Source: Candidatus Thalassarchaeaceae archaeon
GTDB lineage: Archaea; Thermoplasmatota; Poseidoniia; Poseidoniales; Thalassarchaeaceae
Reading direction: 5' to 3'
Assembly: GCA_029250665.1 (NCBI GenBank)
Contig: JAQXEV010000034.1
Span: 1 to 47,811 of the forward strand
Length of the DNA: 47,811 nt
Shown: one piece after another, positions 26,583 through 36,109 of the stretch
Numbering within the stretch: position 1 is the stretch's first letter
How the letters are laid out: the number at the start of each line of letters is the position of its first letter
Program-made: the position numbers and the translations under genes
The notes under the pieces: model-generated
Database searches by the model: none
Told to the model about the DNA's origin: nothing
The model's input: the letters and a program-made list of their open reading frames with translations, nothing else

Positions 26583-28595
26583 TCACTCTAGCCGCAGCGT
26601 CGCTTCGCAGCCTTCACAATCTAGCCGCAGCGGTCGCACATCGGATTCAACAGGATTCGAAACACCACACTTCGGACATTCGACGTGCGCATTTGCGCTT
26701 CGCTTCTTCCCTCTGCTTTCGAGAATCTCAGAGCGCGGAGATACCAAAGCCACAGGGAAGACCAGCAACATACTCGATGCGACCACACCCAGAACGAATG
26801 GCATGTCTAGTCCAAGAACGTAGAGCGCCAAAGCGAGTCCACCAAGAACTACGACTGTCAGCATCGAAGGAACCTTTGCGCGCTTGCGCGTCATCAGTAG
26901 CCCCAAGCCAAGAGCAAGCACTAGCATGAAGACTGAGACCATCGCCGACACAAGCGGCGAGTACAACGCTCCACCGCTCGGAACAAACTCGACTCGGAAG
27001 GATTTCTCTGGATCTAATTCAACCTCGTCGATGATGATTATTTCGAGGAGAATCCAGCGGCGGTGCTTGGCATCGATATCCTCAGCCGCCACGCCACCTA
27101 ATCCTTGCAAGGCAGTCGAGCGTATCTCGACATAAAGCTCGACATCATCGTAGAGGTCATCATCACTCGGTCTGATGAAATTCTCAATCAATTGTTGTCG
27201 CTCACCCGCTTCGACTTGATGCGACGTATCTATGGTGATAGTCACACTTTCTGAACTGAAAGAGCGGGTGTGACCCAGATCTATCGTGATGTCAGTGGGT
27301 CCAAGATTCACTGGATTTACGCCAAGAATAGACTCTGCGTCGAGGTAAAGTCCGTTGGCGAGGAAGGATTTCATGTCGGTTGCTGAGCCAATCAGGTGGC
27401 TTTGTAGGGCGGCTAATTCAGAATCATCAACCTGGCCGTTGTGGAAGTCAGAACTAGGAATTGAATCTGAATAGGTTCGCAAGTTCCTCCACCAGCTATT
27501 GGAAGAGAGACTATTGTTACCGATATTGTCGAGTCCCCATCGAACCCATTGTGACATGGCTCCGTCGAATTCGATAGTCACCACTCGGTCTACACTATCT
27601 CCATCAAAGTGGGCGTCTACATCCAAGGACAGACTCGTGCCACCGGTTCGCAGTGGTTCTGCTCCTGGATACCATCCACCTGAGCCCGAACCGCCCGAAC
27701 CGGCTGTGATGTCATAGGTGCGGTTCGCCTCTATTCTGAGAGCTGTTTGTGGAATAAGATGGAATTCTATGCGATATGTCCCGGAGTCGACACTCTCAGG
27801 AATTTGCCAGGCAAATGTCACCTCGACTCCGTTATTTGTTGGAGTTGCAATCGGGCTATCTGTAATTGCTGCACTAGCCACACTCATACCACCAGAGGAG
27901 GCTGACCACATACGGTCGCCGAAGCCAGACTTGAGTAGGACTGGGAAGTAAACGAGACGATCGTTGACGCTCGGCTCCTTCATGTCGATGCTGACGATAG
28001 GGAATTTCATCGACATGCGACCGGCGTATTCGTCAGTTCCCCAGACGAAGCGGATACCTGCATCGTCACCGGGGCTGGAGAATGAGAGGCTGCGGACTGA
28101 GAAGGTGACCTTCACTTCGTCACCCTCGCGGACTTCACCGGCTTCGACGTTAATCGGAATGACAACTTCTCCACTATTGGTCAAGAAGAGGCCAGCGCCG
28201 GCATCGCCTTCGAAGTAGGTGCTGCCGATGTTGACGCCGACGGTTGCGTTGATCTGGATGCCGGCGGCGGATTCAACCTCGTATGGAATTCGGAATTCCC
28301 AGGTTGCGTCTGGATAGTCCCCTTGCAGGCCCCAAGTGACGTCCCATGAGCCGATTTCGACGAGACCTTGGATAGATGGTGTAACGAATTGTTCGAATTC
28401 TTCGTCAAGGTCCGAGTCGAAGGGAGAGAGGGAACCATCGTCGGCGCTGCCAATCAGATAGACGTCGACTTCCTGCGAGGCGCAGCAAGAACCGTCTGCG
28501 TCTGCAGCAGCCGGAGAATAGGGCAGGCTGACGAGTAGCAGCATCGCTGTTAGAAGGACGATTCGGGACCGCTCAGTGCTGCTCATCGTGCCCAC
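26583..28595 (-). CDS. Secreted/membrane protein: large ectodomain, three C-terminal TM segments, cytoplasmic zinc ribbon
   Basis: Signal peptide 'IVLLTAMLLLVSLPYSPAAA'. Hydrophobic segments are 'LVSAMVSVFMLVLALGLGLLM', 'MLTVVVLGGLALALYVLGL' and 'FVLGVVASSMLLVFPVALV'. The terminal zinc ribbon is 'CPKCGVSNPVESDVRPLRLDCEGCEATL'. Confidence 0.7.
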   Translation of the reverse strand: MGTMSSTERSRIVLLTAMLLLVSLPYSPAAADADGSCCASQEVDVYLIGSADDGSLSPFDSDLDEEFEQFVTPSIQGLVEIGSWDVTWGLQGDYPDATWEFRIPYEVESAAGIQINATVGVNIGSTYFEGDAGAGLFLTNSGEVVIPINVEAGEVREGDEVKVTFSVRSLSFSSPGDDAGIRFVWGTDEYAGRMSMKFPIVSIDMKEPSVNDRLVYFPVLLKSGFGDRMWSASSGGMSVASAAITDSPIATPTNNGVEVTFAWQIPESVDSGTYRIEFHLIPQTALRIEANRTYDITAGSGGSGSGGWYPGAEPLRTGGTSLSLDVDAHFDGDSVDRVVTIEFDGAMSQWVRWGLDNIGNNSLSSNSWWRNLRTYSDSIPSSDFHNGQVDDSELAALQSHLIGSATDMKSFLANGLYLDAESILGVNPVNLGPTDITIDLGHTRSFSSESVTITIDTSHQVEAGERQQLIENFIRPSDDDLYDDVELYVEIRSTALQGLGGVAAEDIDAKHRRWILLEIIIIDEVELDPEKSFRVEFVPSGGALYSPLVSAMVSVFMLVLALGLGLLMTRKRAKVPSMLTVVVLGGLALALYVLGLDMPFVLGVVASSMLLVFPVALVSPRSEILESRGKKRSANAHVECPKCGVSNPVESDVRPLRLDCEGCEATLRLE

Positions 28596-28703
28596 TGGTT
28601 GGCTTTCTGACCTTCAATGCGACCCTTGAGGGCTCCCTAGAGGGCACATTCTTGCTATCGGCGCCGAAGGCGCCGCACGCGTAGGCGAGGCCAGAAGTGA
28701 TTC

Positions 28704-30419
28704 TCAGCCGTGTAGGAAGAGCATCTCGACTGGGCCATCTTCTGGAACGGCTTCGATACGGGCGAAGCCGATACGCTCGAGTTGTACAATTGCTTTCTCT
28801 TTGAGGTCGATATTCTCGAGCATGCCATCGCTGACTTGTAGCTCGTCACCAATCGGGGTTGAAAGACGAGCAGGGCGAGCCATCTGACTTGGTATCCAGT
28901 GGACTATGGCTCGCTTGTCGCTGCGGTCGATTGACTGGATAATGCCTGCATTGTCTGTGACAGTGATGTCGGCGAAATCCTTCAGACGAATTTCACCCGA
29001 GGCGTCAGTCGCATCGACCAAAATATCACCATTCATCTTCCATTCGCGCGTGCCAGCCACAGCACCGTTAGGATGGCGTGCGATGGCGAGCGTCTCAGGA
29101 ATCTCATGTTCATTAGCGACCAGCGACAGTGAAACAGGATCTCGAACGAATGCTCGTCGCTCGCACCTTGAATCAATAATTGAGGAATTGAATGATTCAA
29201 TAGTCTGCATCGATATCGAGATATCCTTCTGAGTCAACCCCAAATCGATCCAAAAATCGCGCAGCGCTTGCGAATCAAAACCACGCCGCCGTAGCGCTGC
29301 GAGCGTCGGCAGGCGCGCATCATCCCATCCAGAATATTCACCCTCGCCTATCGCAGCGCGCATGCTGGATGTAGAAAATCCGCCGAATTCATGCACCTTC
29401 ACGCGGCCCCAGTAGAGGGGTTCGGGATAGGTCCAACCGAAGTGCTCGTAGAGTAGTGTTTGCTTTCGTGTTGAGTCCATCAAATCCTTTCCGCGGACGA
29501 TGTGAGTGACTCCCTGAAGGTGGTCCTCAATTGCGCTCTGGAAGTCGAGTAGGGGCCAGACTTTGTAGGCGTCATCGACCATTGGATGAGGCGTGTGTTG
29601 GATTCGTAGAGCAGGCCAATCGCGTAGAGCAGGGTTGGGAAGGTCCAAGTCAGTCTTGACTCGCACTACTGCTTCGCCTTCTGCAAGGTTTCCATCATTC
29701 ATTGCTGACCAGTCGGAGAGGTTTGTTTCGACGCTTCGTGTGCGGCAAGGGCAGGCTTGGGAAGCGTCGCGCAGGGCTTTGAAATCGGCGGCTGAGCAGC
29801 GGCATACGTAGCCAAAGCCGCCTTCAAGCATTTTCGTAGCGTGGTCGAGGTAGATGGGCATTCTTTCGCTTGCTCGGATGATGATGTCGGCAGGGCGACC
29901 AGCGAGCCATTCGTACTCTGCTTCGATCCATCCGTATGCTTCAGGCATCGGTGGTTTGACTCGGGTGTCGGTATCATCGAAGCGCAGGACGACCTTTCCT
30001 TCGTACATTCGGGCGTATTCTGAGTTGGTTGCAACGCCGCGGGCGTGGCCGATTGTTAGTGGCCCGTTGGGGTTTGGTGCGAAGCGCAGGATGACTTCCC
30101 CTTGGGTGGCATTTGGAAGTGGCTTGAGTCCTGTGCGCTTCTGTTGTTTTTGGCGCTCGAGGGCTTCGGGATTTGTTGCTGCGAGCGCCTCTTTGACGGC
30201 TTCGACGCCATTAGTTGAGGCCATCTCGTTGGCGGCGTTTACCTCGGCTTCGACGAGGGATTTGAGGTCGCGAGCTCTTGGTCGGAGGTCGGCGCGTTCA
30301 CCTAGGAGTCGGCCGAGTACTGAGCCGGCTTGACCGGCTCCATTGTATTCCACTGCATTTTGCATGGCATACTTGCGGACCGTTGCAACGGTCTCTGTAT
30401 CCCACTCGGAATCCGTCAT
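28704..30419 (-). CDS. gltX: Glutamyl-tRNA synthetase, archaeal type
   Basis: 'ILRFAPNPNGPLTIGHARGVATNSEYARMYEGKVVLRFDDTD' is the class I HIGH region. The ORF extends to 30572, but ATG at 30419 ('MTDSEWDTETVATVRKYAMQNA') avoids overlap with rnhB and removes an Arg-rich N-terminal extension. Confidence 0.9.
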   Translation of the reverse strand: MTDSEWDTETVATVRKYAMQNAVEYNGAGQAGSVLGRLLGERADLRPRARDLKSLVEAEVNAANEMASTNGVEAVKEALAATNPEALERQKQQKRTGLKPLPNATQGEVILRFAPNPNGPLTIGHARGVATNSEYARMYEGKVVLRFDDTDTRVKPPMPEAYGWIEAEYEWLAGRPADIIIRASERMPIYLDHATKMLEGGFGYVCRCSAADFKALRDASQACPCRTRSVETNLSDWSAMNDGNLAEGEAVVRVKTDLDLPNPALRDWPALRIQHTPHPMVDDAYKVWPLLDFQSAIEDHLQGVTHIVRGKDLMDSTRKQTLLYEHFGWTYPEPLYWGRVKVHEFGGFSTSSMRAAIGEGEYSGWDDARLPTLAALRRRGFDSQALRDFWIDLGLTQKDISISMQTIESFNSSIIDSRCERRAFVRDPVSLSLVANEHEIPETLAIARHPNGAVAGTREWKMNGDILVDATDASGEIRLKDFADITVTDNAGIIQSIDRSDKRAIVHWIPSQMARPARLSTPIGDELQVSDGMLENIDLKEKAIVQLERIGFARIEAVPEDGPVEMLFLHG

Positions 30420-30460
30420 GCTATCGGGCCTACGGCCCGAAGTGAGGCATTTGACGCTTC

Positions 30461-31204
30461 TCACGATGACCAGTCGTCGAGTGAGGATTGCACGACGGCA
30501 CCCCCGCTCGCCGAACGCACTGGAACTGGGGTGCCGTGAGTGGCCGACCAGATATCTGAGACGGTGGCCCAACTCCAGCGAAGGCAGTCGTGTGGTTTGC
30601 CATTTGTGAGTAGGCGTTCGACTGCTTTCCGGGTCTTCAAATCGGAGGGATATCCTGACCCGATATCGAGTCCGGTTCGTATCGAAATCTCGTGGATTTC
30701 AGCGTCACGGGTGACTTTGGCAAGAATCGAAGCTCCTCCCGCGACCAAGTCGGAAGAATCCATGCCGTGTTTGGCTTCGACATCCCAATCCGCCCAGTCT
30801 TCGCCGAGGGCTGAAGTCAGACGGCGAGCAAATCTCTGCTCATTGACATCGCAGGCGTCAGCCCGAACGACGCCACCCTTGGTGGAGAGTGCTGTTGCTT
30901 TGATGGCTTCAGCGAATAATTCGATTTCGAGACTGTTCAAGTCCGAAGTCAGGCTATTGATGTCGATACGACTTGGTTGGCAGATTACTAAGCCGGATCG
31001 CCAACGACCCTCTGAGACTCGGCCAGAAATCTCTGCTTCTATTCGCTCGCGTTCGCTCACAGAGAGATCCTTCGAATCCTTGACTCCGAGTTCACGTAAT
31101 TCCTCGGCATCTGATGCCTGGATCGCAAGAGCCCCAACTACTAGAGGTCCAATCACAGGACCTCGTCCAGCCTCATCGACACCGATGATCCACTCGTCAC
31201 TCAC
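30461..31204 (-). CDS. rnhB: Ribonuclease HII
   Basis: 'IGVDEAGRGPVIGPLVVGA' is the N-terminal catalytic motif and 'ADACDV' also fits. The start is GTG, 15 nt downstream of the stop of the upstream 945-aa gene. Confidence 0.9.
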   Translation of the reverse strand: MSDEWIIGVDEAGRGPVIGPLVVGALAIQASDAEELRELGVKDSKDLSVSERERIEAEISGRVSEGRWRSGLVICQPSRIDINSLTSDLNSLEIELFAEAIKATALSTKGGVVRADACDVNEQRFARRLTSALGEDWADWDVEAKHGMDSSDLVAGGASILAKVTRDAEIHEISIRTGLDIGSGYPSDLKTRKAVERLLTNGKPHDCLRWSWATVSDIWSATHGTPVPVRSASGGAVVQSSLDDWSS

Positions 31205-31219
31205 GCTTCTTCGGCTGCT

Positions 31220-34057
31220 TCAAGGGTCTTCATCATCGCGCAAGTCGCGACCGAGTGAATCCAATCTATCATCGAAATCATCGAGATCGAGGACGATATT
31301 CTCCGGATGAATCATATCGCTCTCTTGCAATTGGTCAGCCATCTCGATGGCATCACGAATCGCATCTTCTGTCTGCGCCTCATCCAATACTTCGCCAGCC
31401 TTTCCTACGACAGCAGTGTCTGGCGCAGGTGCAACATCTCTCGAATGGTCGCCCGACTTCTCCATGAAGTCGGCCCGGAATGAAGCTACATCGGTCGTCG
31501 GACTCTCAATTATCTCTGGAATCTCCTCGCCACTTTCTTCGAACTTGGCCATCCAATCGCCAACTTCCTCAACGACAACCTCGGGGTTTTGTTTGCGATA
31601 GTACTCGCGGTCAGCCTCGATTCTATGACGAATCGCCATAGCGACAGCAACCATACCCACGAGACTGACTGTTACAATCAGAATCGTTTGCAACCAGCGC
31701 TGCAAGAATTCACTGAACGCCGACGGATCATCAGGCTCAATCGGCGCAGTAGGCTCGGCACCATCAATCGCAGCAGAGTGCTCGATAACATGCCTTACAG
31801 ATGGGTCTCGGACCGAGCGGGCTTCAACGGTGAGAACCGCATCGGCTGCGATTGGGACCTCCTCGGGAACCTCCATCCAGACCTCGAAGATGACGGTCCC
31901 GTCAATCGGAATATCTAGAATCTCGAAGGAGCGAGTATCGCCATTCGTCGTGTGGCTGTCTGAACCCTCTGGAGCGATGACTCCAAATCCAGTGAAATCG
32001 GTGCATTCGAGACTGACAACTAATCCATCTGGACTATTACCAATATTGTGCATTTCCCAGAACCCAGTGAGTTGGCCATCGACCACTTCTGAATCTGCTC
32101 GGACCACCTCCCAAGCGTGCACTGCGGCAATATTGACTTCGAATGAAACCTCTGCAGGAACCCATCCATCAACCTCCACTTCGATGATTACTTCACCGCT
32201 CAAACCTGCCGTCAGACCGACTGCGGTCCAAGCGGTGACATCGATTCCGTGAACCCTCTGTCCTGGTCCGAGGAATCGTGTGTAGTCAGAGATGTTGACG
32301 ACCAGCCAATCAGGCTGGTCGACCACACTGAGATTGAAGAGGAATGCTGCATCACCTGTATTTTCGATGAATAACTCGACCAGGCACCAGTCACCAGGGG
32401 CGACATCGAACAGACAATCCACATTCGTCAGACCTAGATTACCACCCGAACGTGGGACGATACTAATCGATTGATTCAGCCGCTGGACCTCCTGAACTCC
32501 ATCAGCCCAAACTTGGATCATCATGTCCAGTCGACCTGCGGTGCGGATAGGCGATTCGACTTGCATCCGCACCGTAGCGCTCTCACCGGGAGCCATGTCC
32601 TCAAGGTCGGCGCGGTCGTAGACGATTGCCGTCCACCCATCATGGGCGAAGGAGTGGTCTGGTGTTGCAACCGGGGAGCCATTCTCATCGACGGCGGCAA
32701 TATTGATGCCGAGTGAATTGTGAGAGTTTCCTATGTTGCGCAGGACGAATTCGAGGTCGACGATTCCACCGGGATCAATCGATGCGCTTCCACCTCCTTC
32801 GATGATTTCCATTCCTTTCCATTCGCCATAGCGCATCGAGAAATTCCACCAATCCTCATTGCCGGTATGGTCGCCGACCAAACTGACGCTGAAATCATGA
32901 GTCGAGCCTGCGAGCGGTGCCCCGCCATCAACAAGTGGCGCGGTAACAGAAAACTGCAACCACTGAACTTCATCGCTAGGGGCTTCGAATGAATTGCCAA
33001 CGCCCGGGCTGGTGGGGTAATTCCATGAGATTTCCCAATCGGATGGTCCTGTAATTGCAACTAACGCCGTGGTATCTATCTCAGCTAGATTGGTGAAATT
33101 CACTCCAACTCCGACAGTTAGTCCTGGGTCGATGTTGAACACCGAACCAGAGTCGACCCCGAATTCAACTCCGGGATCCTCATACTGCCAAGGATAGGTA
33201 AGTCCCGCTTCCAAGGAGGAGTTGAGCACCGTGTGGTCAGCCCATTCTTGCAGCGCGAGTGTACGGCTCGCGTTGATGCCGCCAGTCGAAGGCAGTCCAA
33301 CCGAAGGTAATCCGGTAATTGAGACATGGATTACACAAGCCGCCAGATAGGTGCCTTGAATCGATGGATGCTTGCCATCCGAGGCGTAAAGGTCTGAGAA
33401 AATCGTGTAGTTAGCAGTCGGATTGTTGAGCGAATCATGGATATTCTCATGAGCCATTCCGACTGGAGCGACGAATACAGGTCGTTCGCTGGTAGAGAGG
33501 TTCTCCGCGAACGCGAGATAACCAGTTTTCAGGTGATTTTGCATTGTTGAGAAATCAGGAAACCGCCATTGATTACTTTCGTCTCCAAATCGATAACCCC
33601 ATGTCATCATGAAGAAAGTATCACCGCCTTCTGCTTCGACCAGCGCATCGATGATTTCTGCGCCAGCGAGGCTATCTTGCCAATATGATGAGCTGGTTGG
33701 GAAACCTGGAACCTGACTTTGATCCTGTAGGACGACATAATCGTGAGATTCACGGAGAGTGTCGTACCATGATGTGCCCTCGGTATCGGCTTGTTCTCCG
33801 TGCCAAGCCAGAGTCTTGCCTCCGCTGGTCAAGGCTTGGACATCTGGATCCAAGCCGGCAGCGTCGAGCAGATTGTTCACCCGCACGTGTAACTGATTGT
33901 TTGAGGTGTAGGAATTTCCGAGCATTACGATGTCAAGTGTCGATTGGTCCGATTGTCTTGATTCAGCCTTCGCCGCGTCCGTCGAAAGCAGGCTCGGCGA
34001 AGCCAAAGAGGTCAGAAAGACGAGAACCAGAATCAGAGCCATTCCACGCTCCCGCAT
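31220..34057 (-). CDS. Secreted 945-aa surface protein: SGNH/DUF4886-like hydrolase-like N-terminal domain, CARDB-like repeats, C-terminal TM and a long acidic cytoplasmic tail
   Basis: Signal peptide 'ALILVLVFLTSLASPSLL'. 'DIVMLGNSYTSNN' and 'YVVLQDQSQVPG' resemble the GNS/LQEQS blocks of SGNH-like DUF4886. CARDB-like motifs are 'LRNIGNSHNSLG', 'IENTGDAAFLFNL' and 'MHNIGNSPDGLVV'. The TM segment is 'ILIVTVSLVGMVAVAMAI'. Confidence 0.75.
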   Translation of the reverse strand: MRERGMALILVLVFLTSLASPSLLSTDAAKAESRQSDQSTLDIVMLGNSYTSNNQLHVRVNNLLDAAGLDPDVQALTSGGKTLAWHGEQADTEGTSWYDTLRESHDYVVLQDQSQVPGFPTSSSYWQDSLAGAEIIDALVEAEGGDTFFMMTWGYRFGDESNQWRFPDFSTMQNHLKTGYLAFAENLSTSERPVFVAPVGMAHENIHDSLNNPTANYTIFSDLYASDGKHPSIQGTYLAACVIHVSITGLPSVGLPSTGGINASRTLALQEWADHTVLNSSLEAGLTYPWQYEDPGVEFGVDSGSVFNIDPGLTVGVGVNFTNLAEIDTTALVAITGPSDWEISWNYPTSPGVGNSFEAPSDEVQWLQFSVTAPLVDGGAPLAGSTHDFSVSLVGDHTGNEDWWNFSMRYGEWKGMEIIEGGGSASIDPGGIVDLEFVLRNIGNSHNSLGINIAAVDENGSPVATPDHSFAHDGWTAIVYDRADLEDMAPGESATVRMQVESPIRTAGRLDMMIQVWADGVQEVQRLNQSISIVPRSGGNLGLTNVDCLFDVAPGDWCLVELFIENTGDAAFLFNLSVVDQPDWLVVNISDYTRFLGPGQRVHGIDVTAWTAVGLTAGLSGEVIIEVEVDGWVPAEVSFEVNIAAVHAWEVVRADSEVVDGQLTGFWEMHNIGNSPDGLVVSLECTDFTGFGVIAPEGSDSHTTNGDTRSFEILDIPIDGTVIFEVWMEVPEEVPIAADAVLTVEARSVRDPSVRHVIEHSAAIDGAEPTAPIEPDDPSAFSEFLQRWLQTILIVTVSLVGMVAVAMAIRHRIEADREYYRKQNPEVVVEEVGDWMAKFEESGEEIPEIIESPTTDVASFRADFMEKSGDHSRDVAPAPDTAVVGKAGEVLDEAQTEDAIRDAIEMADQLQESDMIHPENIVLDLDDFDDRLDSLGRDLRDDEDP

Positions 34058-34151
34058 AGGCGACGCTCATCGTTCTCGTCTTTGATTCCTACCCTTGGTT
34101 GATGATTCGTGGTGTGGAAGAGTCTATCGAGTGGGGTGATGTTCGCTGCTT

Positions 34152-34337
34152 ATGGCGCCAATGTGGCCGTTTGGGAAGAAAAGCGTCCCCACGGAGCCGA
34201 AAGCAGAGCCAAAGCAAGTCGAGGTCGTTGAGTACGAGCGAAAGAAAGACACCTCTCAGAAGGATTTGATTGAGGACAAAAGTCACCTCAAAAAGAAGTC
34301 CTTCATCGATGCGATGGCGCTTCTCGGTGACGATTAG
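34152..34337 (+). CDS. Possible small Lys/Glu-rich protein (61 aa), hypothetical
   Basis: Its protein-like charged composition ('KKSVPTEPKAEPKQVEVVEYERKKDTSQKDLIEDKSHLKKKSF') is unlike the Ser/Arg-rich junk frames elsewhere. 'ggtga' lies 12 nt upstream of the ATG. It sits in the 288-nt gap between two minus-strand genes, and I recognised no homology. Confidence 0.3.
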   Translation: MAPMWPFGKKSVPTEPKAEPKQVEVVEYERKKDTSQKDLIEDKSHLKKKSFIDAMALLGDD

Positions 34338-34345
34338 AACACCGG

Positions 34346-36100
34346 TTACAATACCGGGTCGGGTATCAAGCGGCCTAGAGCATCGATATCGAAATCGCCA
34401 GCTTGGATTGGTACTCTCAGGCCGAATTCCGCAGTCACGAAGGGATCCAATTCACCGAATTGACCTACTTCTTCTCCTGCCACAATAGCCTTCGCTCCTC
34501 TCCCGGTGAGCCATGGCCCATCGTTTGGTTCAGTCGCTTTCCATTCGACCTCCGAGAGGTCGGCTCCAATGTCACGGAGGAATGCCTGCGCGATTCCTTT
34601 GGCGGCTGAGAATCCTCCTGCGACTTCAGCGCAGGCCCATGCTGCCCTTGTCCCGTTGTGAGAATCATGGACCACTGTTCCGAGTTCGTAGACTCGTTGA
34701 GGTAGTTCGTGGTGTCTATTTGCAGCGAGTAGTTGTAGTAGGCTTGGTAGGATGCGTTGTCGCATCATAGTGTGATCGATAGTGATTGGATTGGCGAGAA
34801 TGGTGGTCTCTGCCAATTTATTCCATCTAGTGTGTTCGAATTGGACTCTGTCGTTTGAAAGAGTGAGGCTCTGAGTTTCTTGCAGATTTAGTGAGCGCAT
34901 GCTCTCGCGAGCGCGCCGATGAAGGTGGGCTGATGGTAGGGGGATTGCATCTAGGTGGACTGCAGAGAGGATGTTTGGCATATTTTCGTAGCCGTAGCCG
35001 ATTGCGATATCCTCGACGATATCGATTGGGTGCATGATGTCCGAGCGCCAGCGTGGCATGGCGATTACATGCTCTCGCTCGCCGACTTCTAAGTCAGCCC
35101 AGCGTTCGGCCCTATTGACTCCGTCAGTTACTGCCCGCGAGGCGAGATGGTTACCGCCCATCCTGCTGATGGCTGCGGAAATTTCCTTACTCTCCAGAGT
35201 CATGCCGAGGATTCGCTCGATGAGTCGGTCCGAGACTCTGTGTTCGCGTGCTTCCATATTTGGAGTCATGCGAATCTGACCATCCCAGCCATTTACCTGC
35301 ACCTGTTCGATTGTGCCTCCGCGCTCGGCAAGTGAGAGGCAGATGAGCAGAAGACTTGCTTCAACAGAGCGTTGGTTCCAACCGGTCACATCGATGAAGA
35401 AATCACTTGTCGATTCGCTGACAGTAGTATGGTTTCCGTTGATTATTGGTGGGAATGAAAGGATGTCGTCATTCGCATCGAGGATTACAGGGTAGGATTC
35501 GAGTTCTTCCATGAGATGTGCGTACTCGACTCCCTTCGGATGCTTGCTGAGGATTTCATCAATGCTCATTTTCTCGCTCATCGCTAGAGGTACGAAAGAA
35601 TGCGAGCCATCTACAATGACAACGCGGAATGGAGGGCTGAGAGTTGCAAGGTCATGGACTCCGATTGAGGCGAATCTCCTACGTCGACCGAGACTCATGT
35701 GGAGTTTCTCTTGATGGTCCATGAGAGATTGGATGAAATCATCTTTTTCTGCAGTTTTTTCGCCCGTATTGACTCCTTTGACAACCGCTGCGAGAATGAT
35801 TGGACGGACATTTTCGAGGCTTGGGTCGACATCGAGAGTCATTCCGCTATCGCTTGTCTCGACAGATGGGTTCTGCGCCTCGCCTTGCAGGAATGCACGT
35901 GCGGCGCGTGCCATCGTTTCATGACCAAGTAGATCGGGTCGGTCAGGAAAGACTTCGATTTCGATACCTTCCTCATCGCTTCCTTCAACGACACAGCCAA
36001 TTGATGATAATCGCTCAACCCAATCTGCAGCGTCGTATTCAGCTCCGTTACTTTCCTGGATTGAACGGAGTATTGAGTGATTGAGGGTGATGGTCGGCAA
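34346..36100 (-). CDS. pheT: Phenylalanyl-tRNA synthetase beta subunit, archaeal type
   Basis: The N-terminus is 'MPTITLNHSILRSI'. 'FPDRPDLLGHETMARAARAF' matches the archaeal PheT B3/4 region (nRPDLLs.eG.aRa). The length of about 580 aa fits. Confidence 0.85.
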   Translation of the reverse strand: MPTITLNHSILRSIQESNGAEYDAADWVERLSSIGCVVEGSDEEGIEIEVFPDRPDLLGHETMARAARAFLQGEAQNPSVETSDSGMTLDVDPSLENVRPIILAAVVKGVNTGEKTAEKDDFIQSLMDHQEKLHMSLGRRRRFASIGVHDLATLSPPFRVVIVDGSHSFVPLAMSEKMSIDEILSKHPKGVEYAHLMEELESYPVILDANDDILSFPPIINGNHTTVSESTSDFFIDVTGWNQRSVEASLLLICLSLAERGGTIEQVQVNGWDGQIRMTPNMEAREHRVSDRLIERILGMTLESKEISAAISRMGGNHLASRAVTDGVNRAERWADLEVGEREHVIAMPRWRSDIMHPIDIVEDIAIGYGYENMPNILSAVHLDAIPLPSAHLHRRARESMRSLNLQETQSLTLSNDRVQFEHTRWNKLAETTILANPITIDHTMMRQRILPSLLQLLAANRHHELPQRVYELGTVVHDSHNGTRAAWACAEVAGGFSAAKGIAQAFLRDIGADLSEVEWKATEPNDGPWLTGRGAKAIVAGEEVGQFGELDPFVTAEFGLRVPIQAGDFDIDALGRLIPDPVL

Positions 36101-36109
36101 ACTCCCACC

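Noticed and set aside
30540-31310. Long antisense ORFs inside confident genes: this 256-aa ORF opposite rnhB, and also 5799-6413(-), 10150-10671(-), 12000-12509(-), 19938-20444(-), 21911-22492(+), 25001-25543(-), 25299-25790(-), 38025-38642(-) and 43003-43626(-)
   Set aside because: All are Ser/Arg/Pro-rich shadow frames of well-supported genes (rnhB, gap, dnaJ, rps15 and the giant ORFs). None has recognisable motifs or independent start context.
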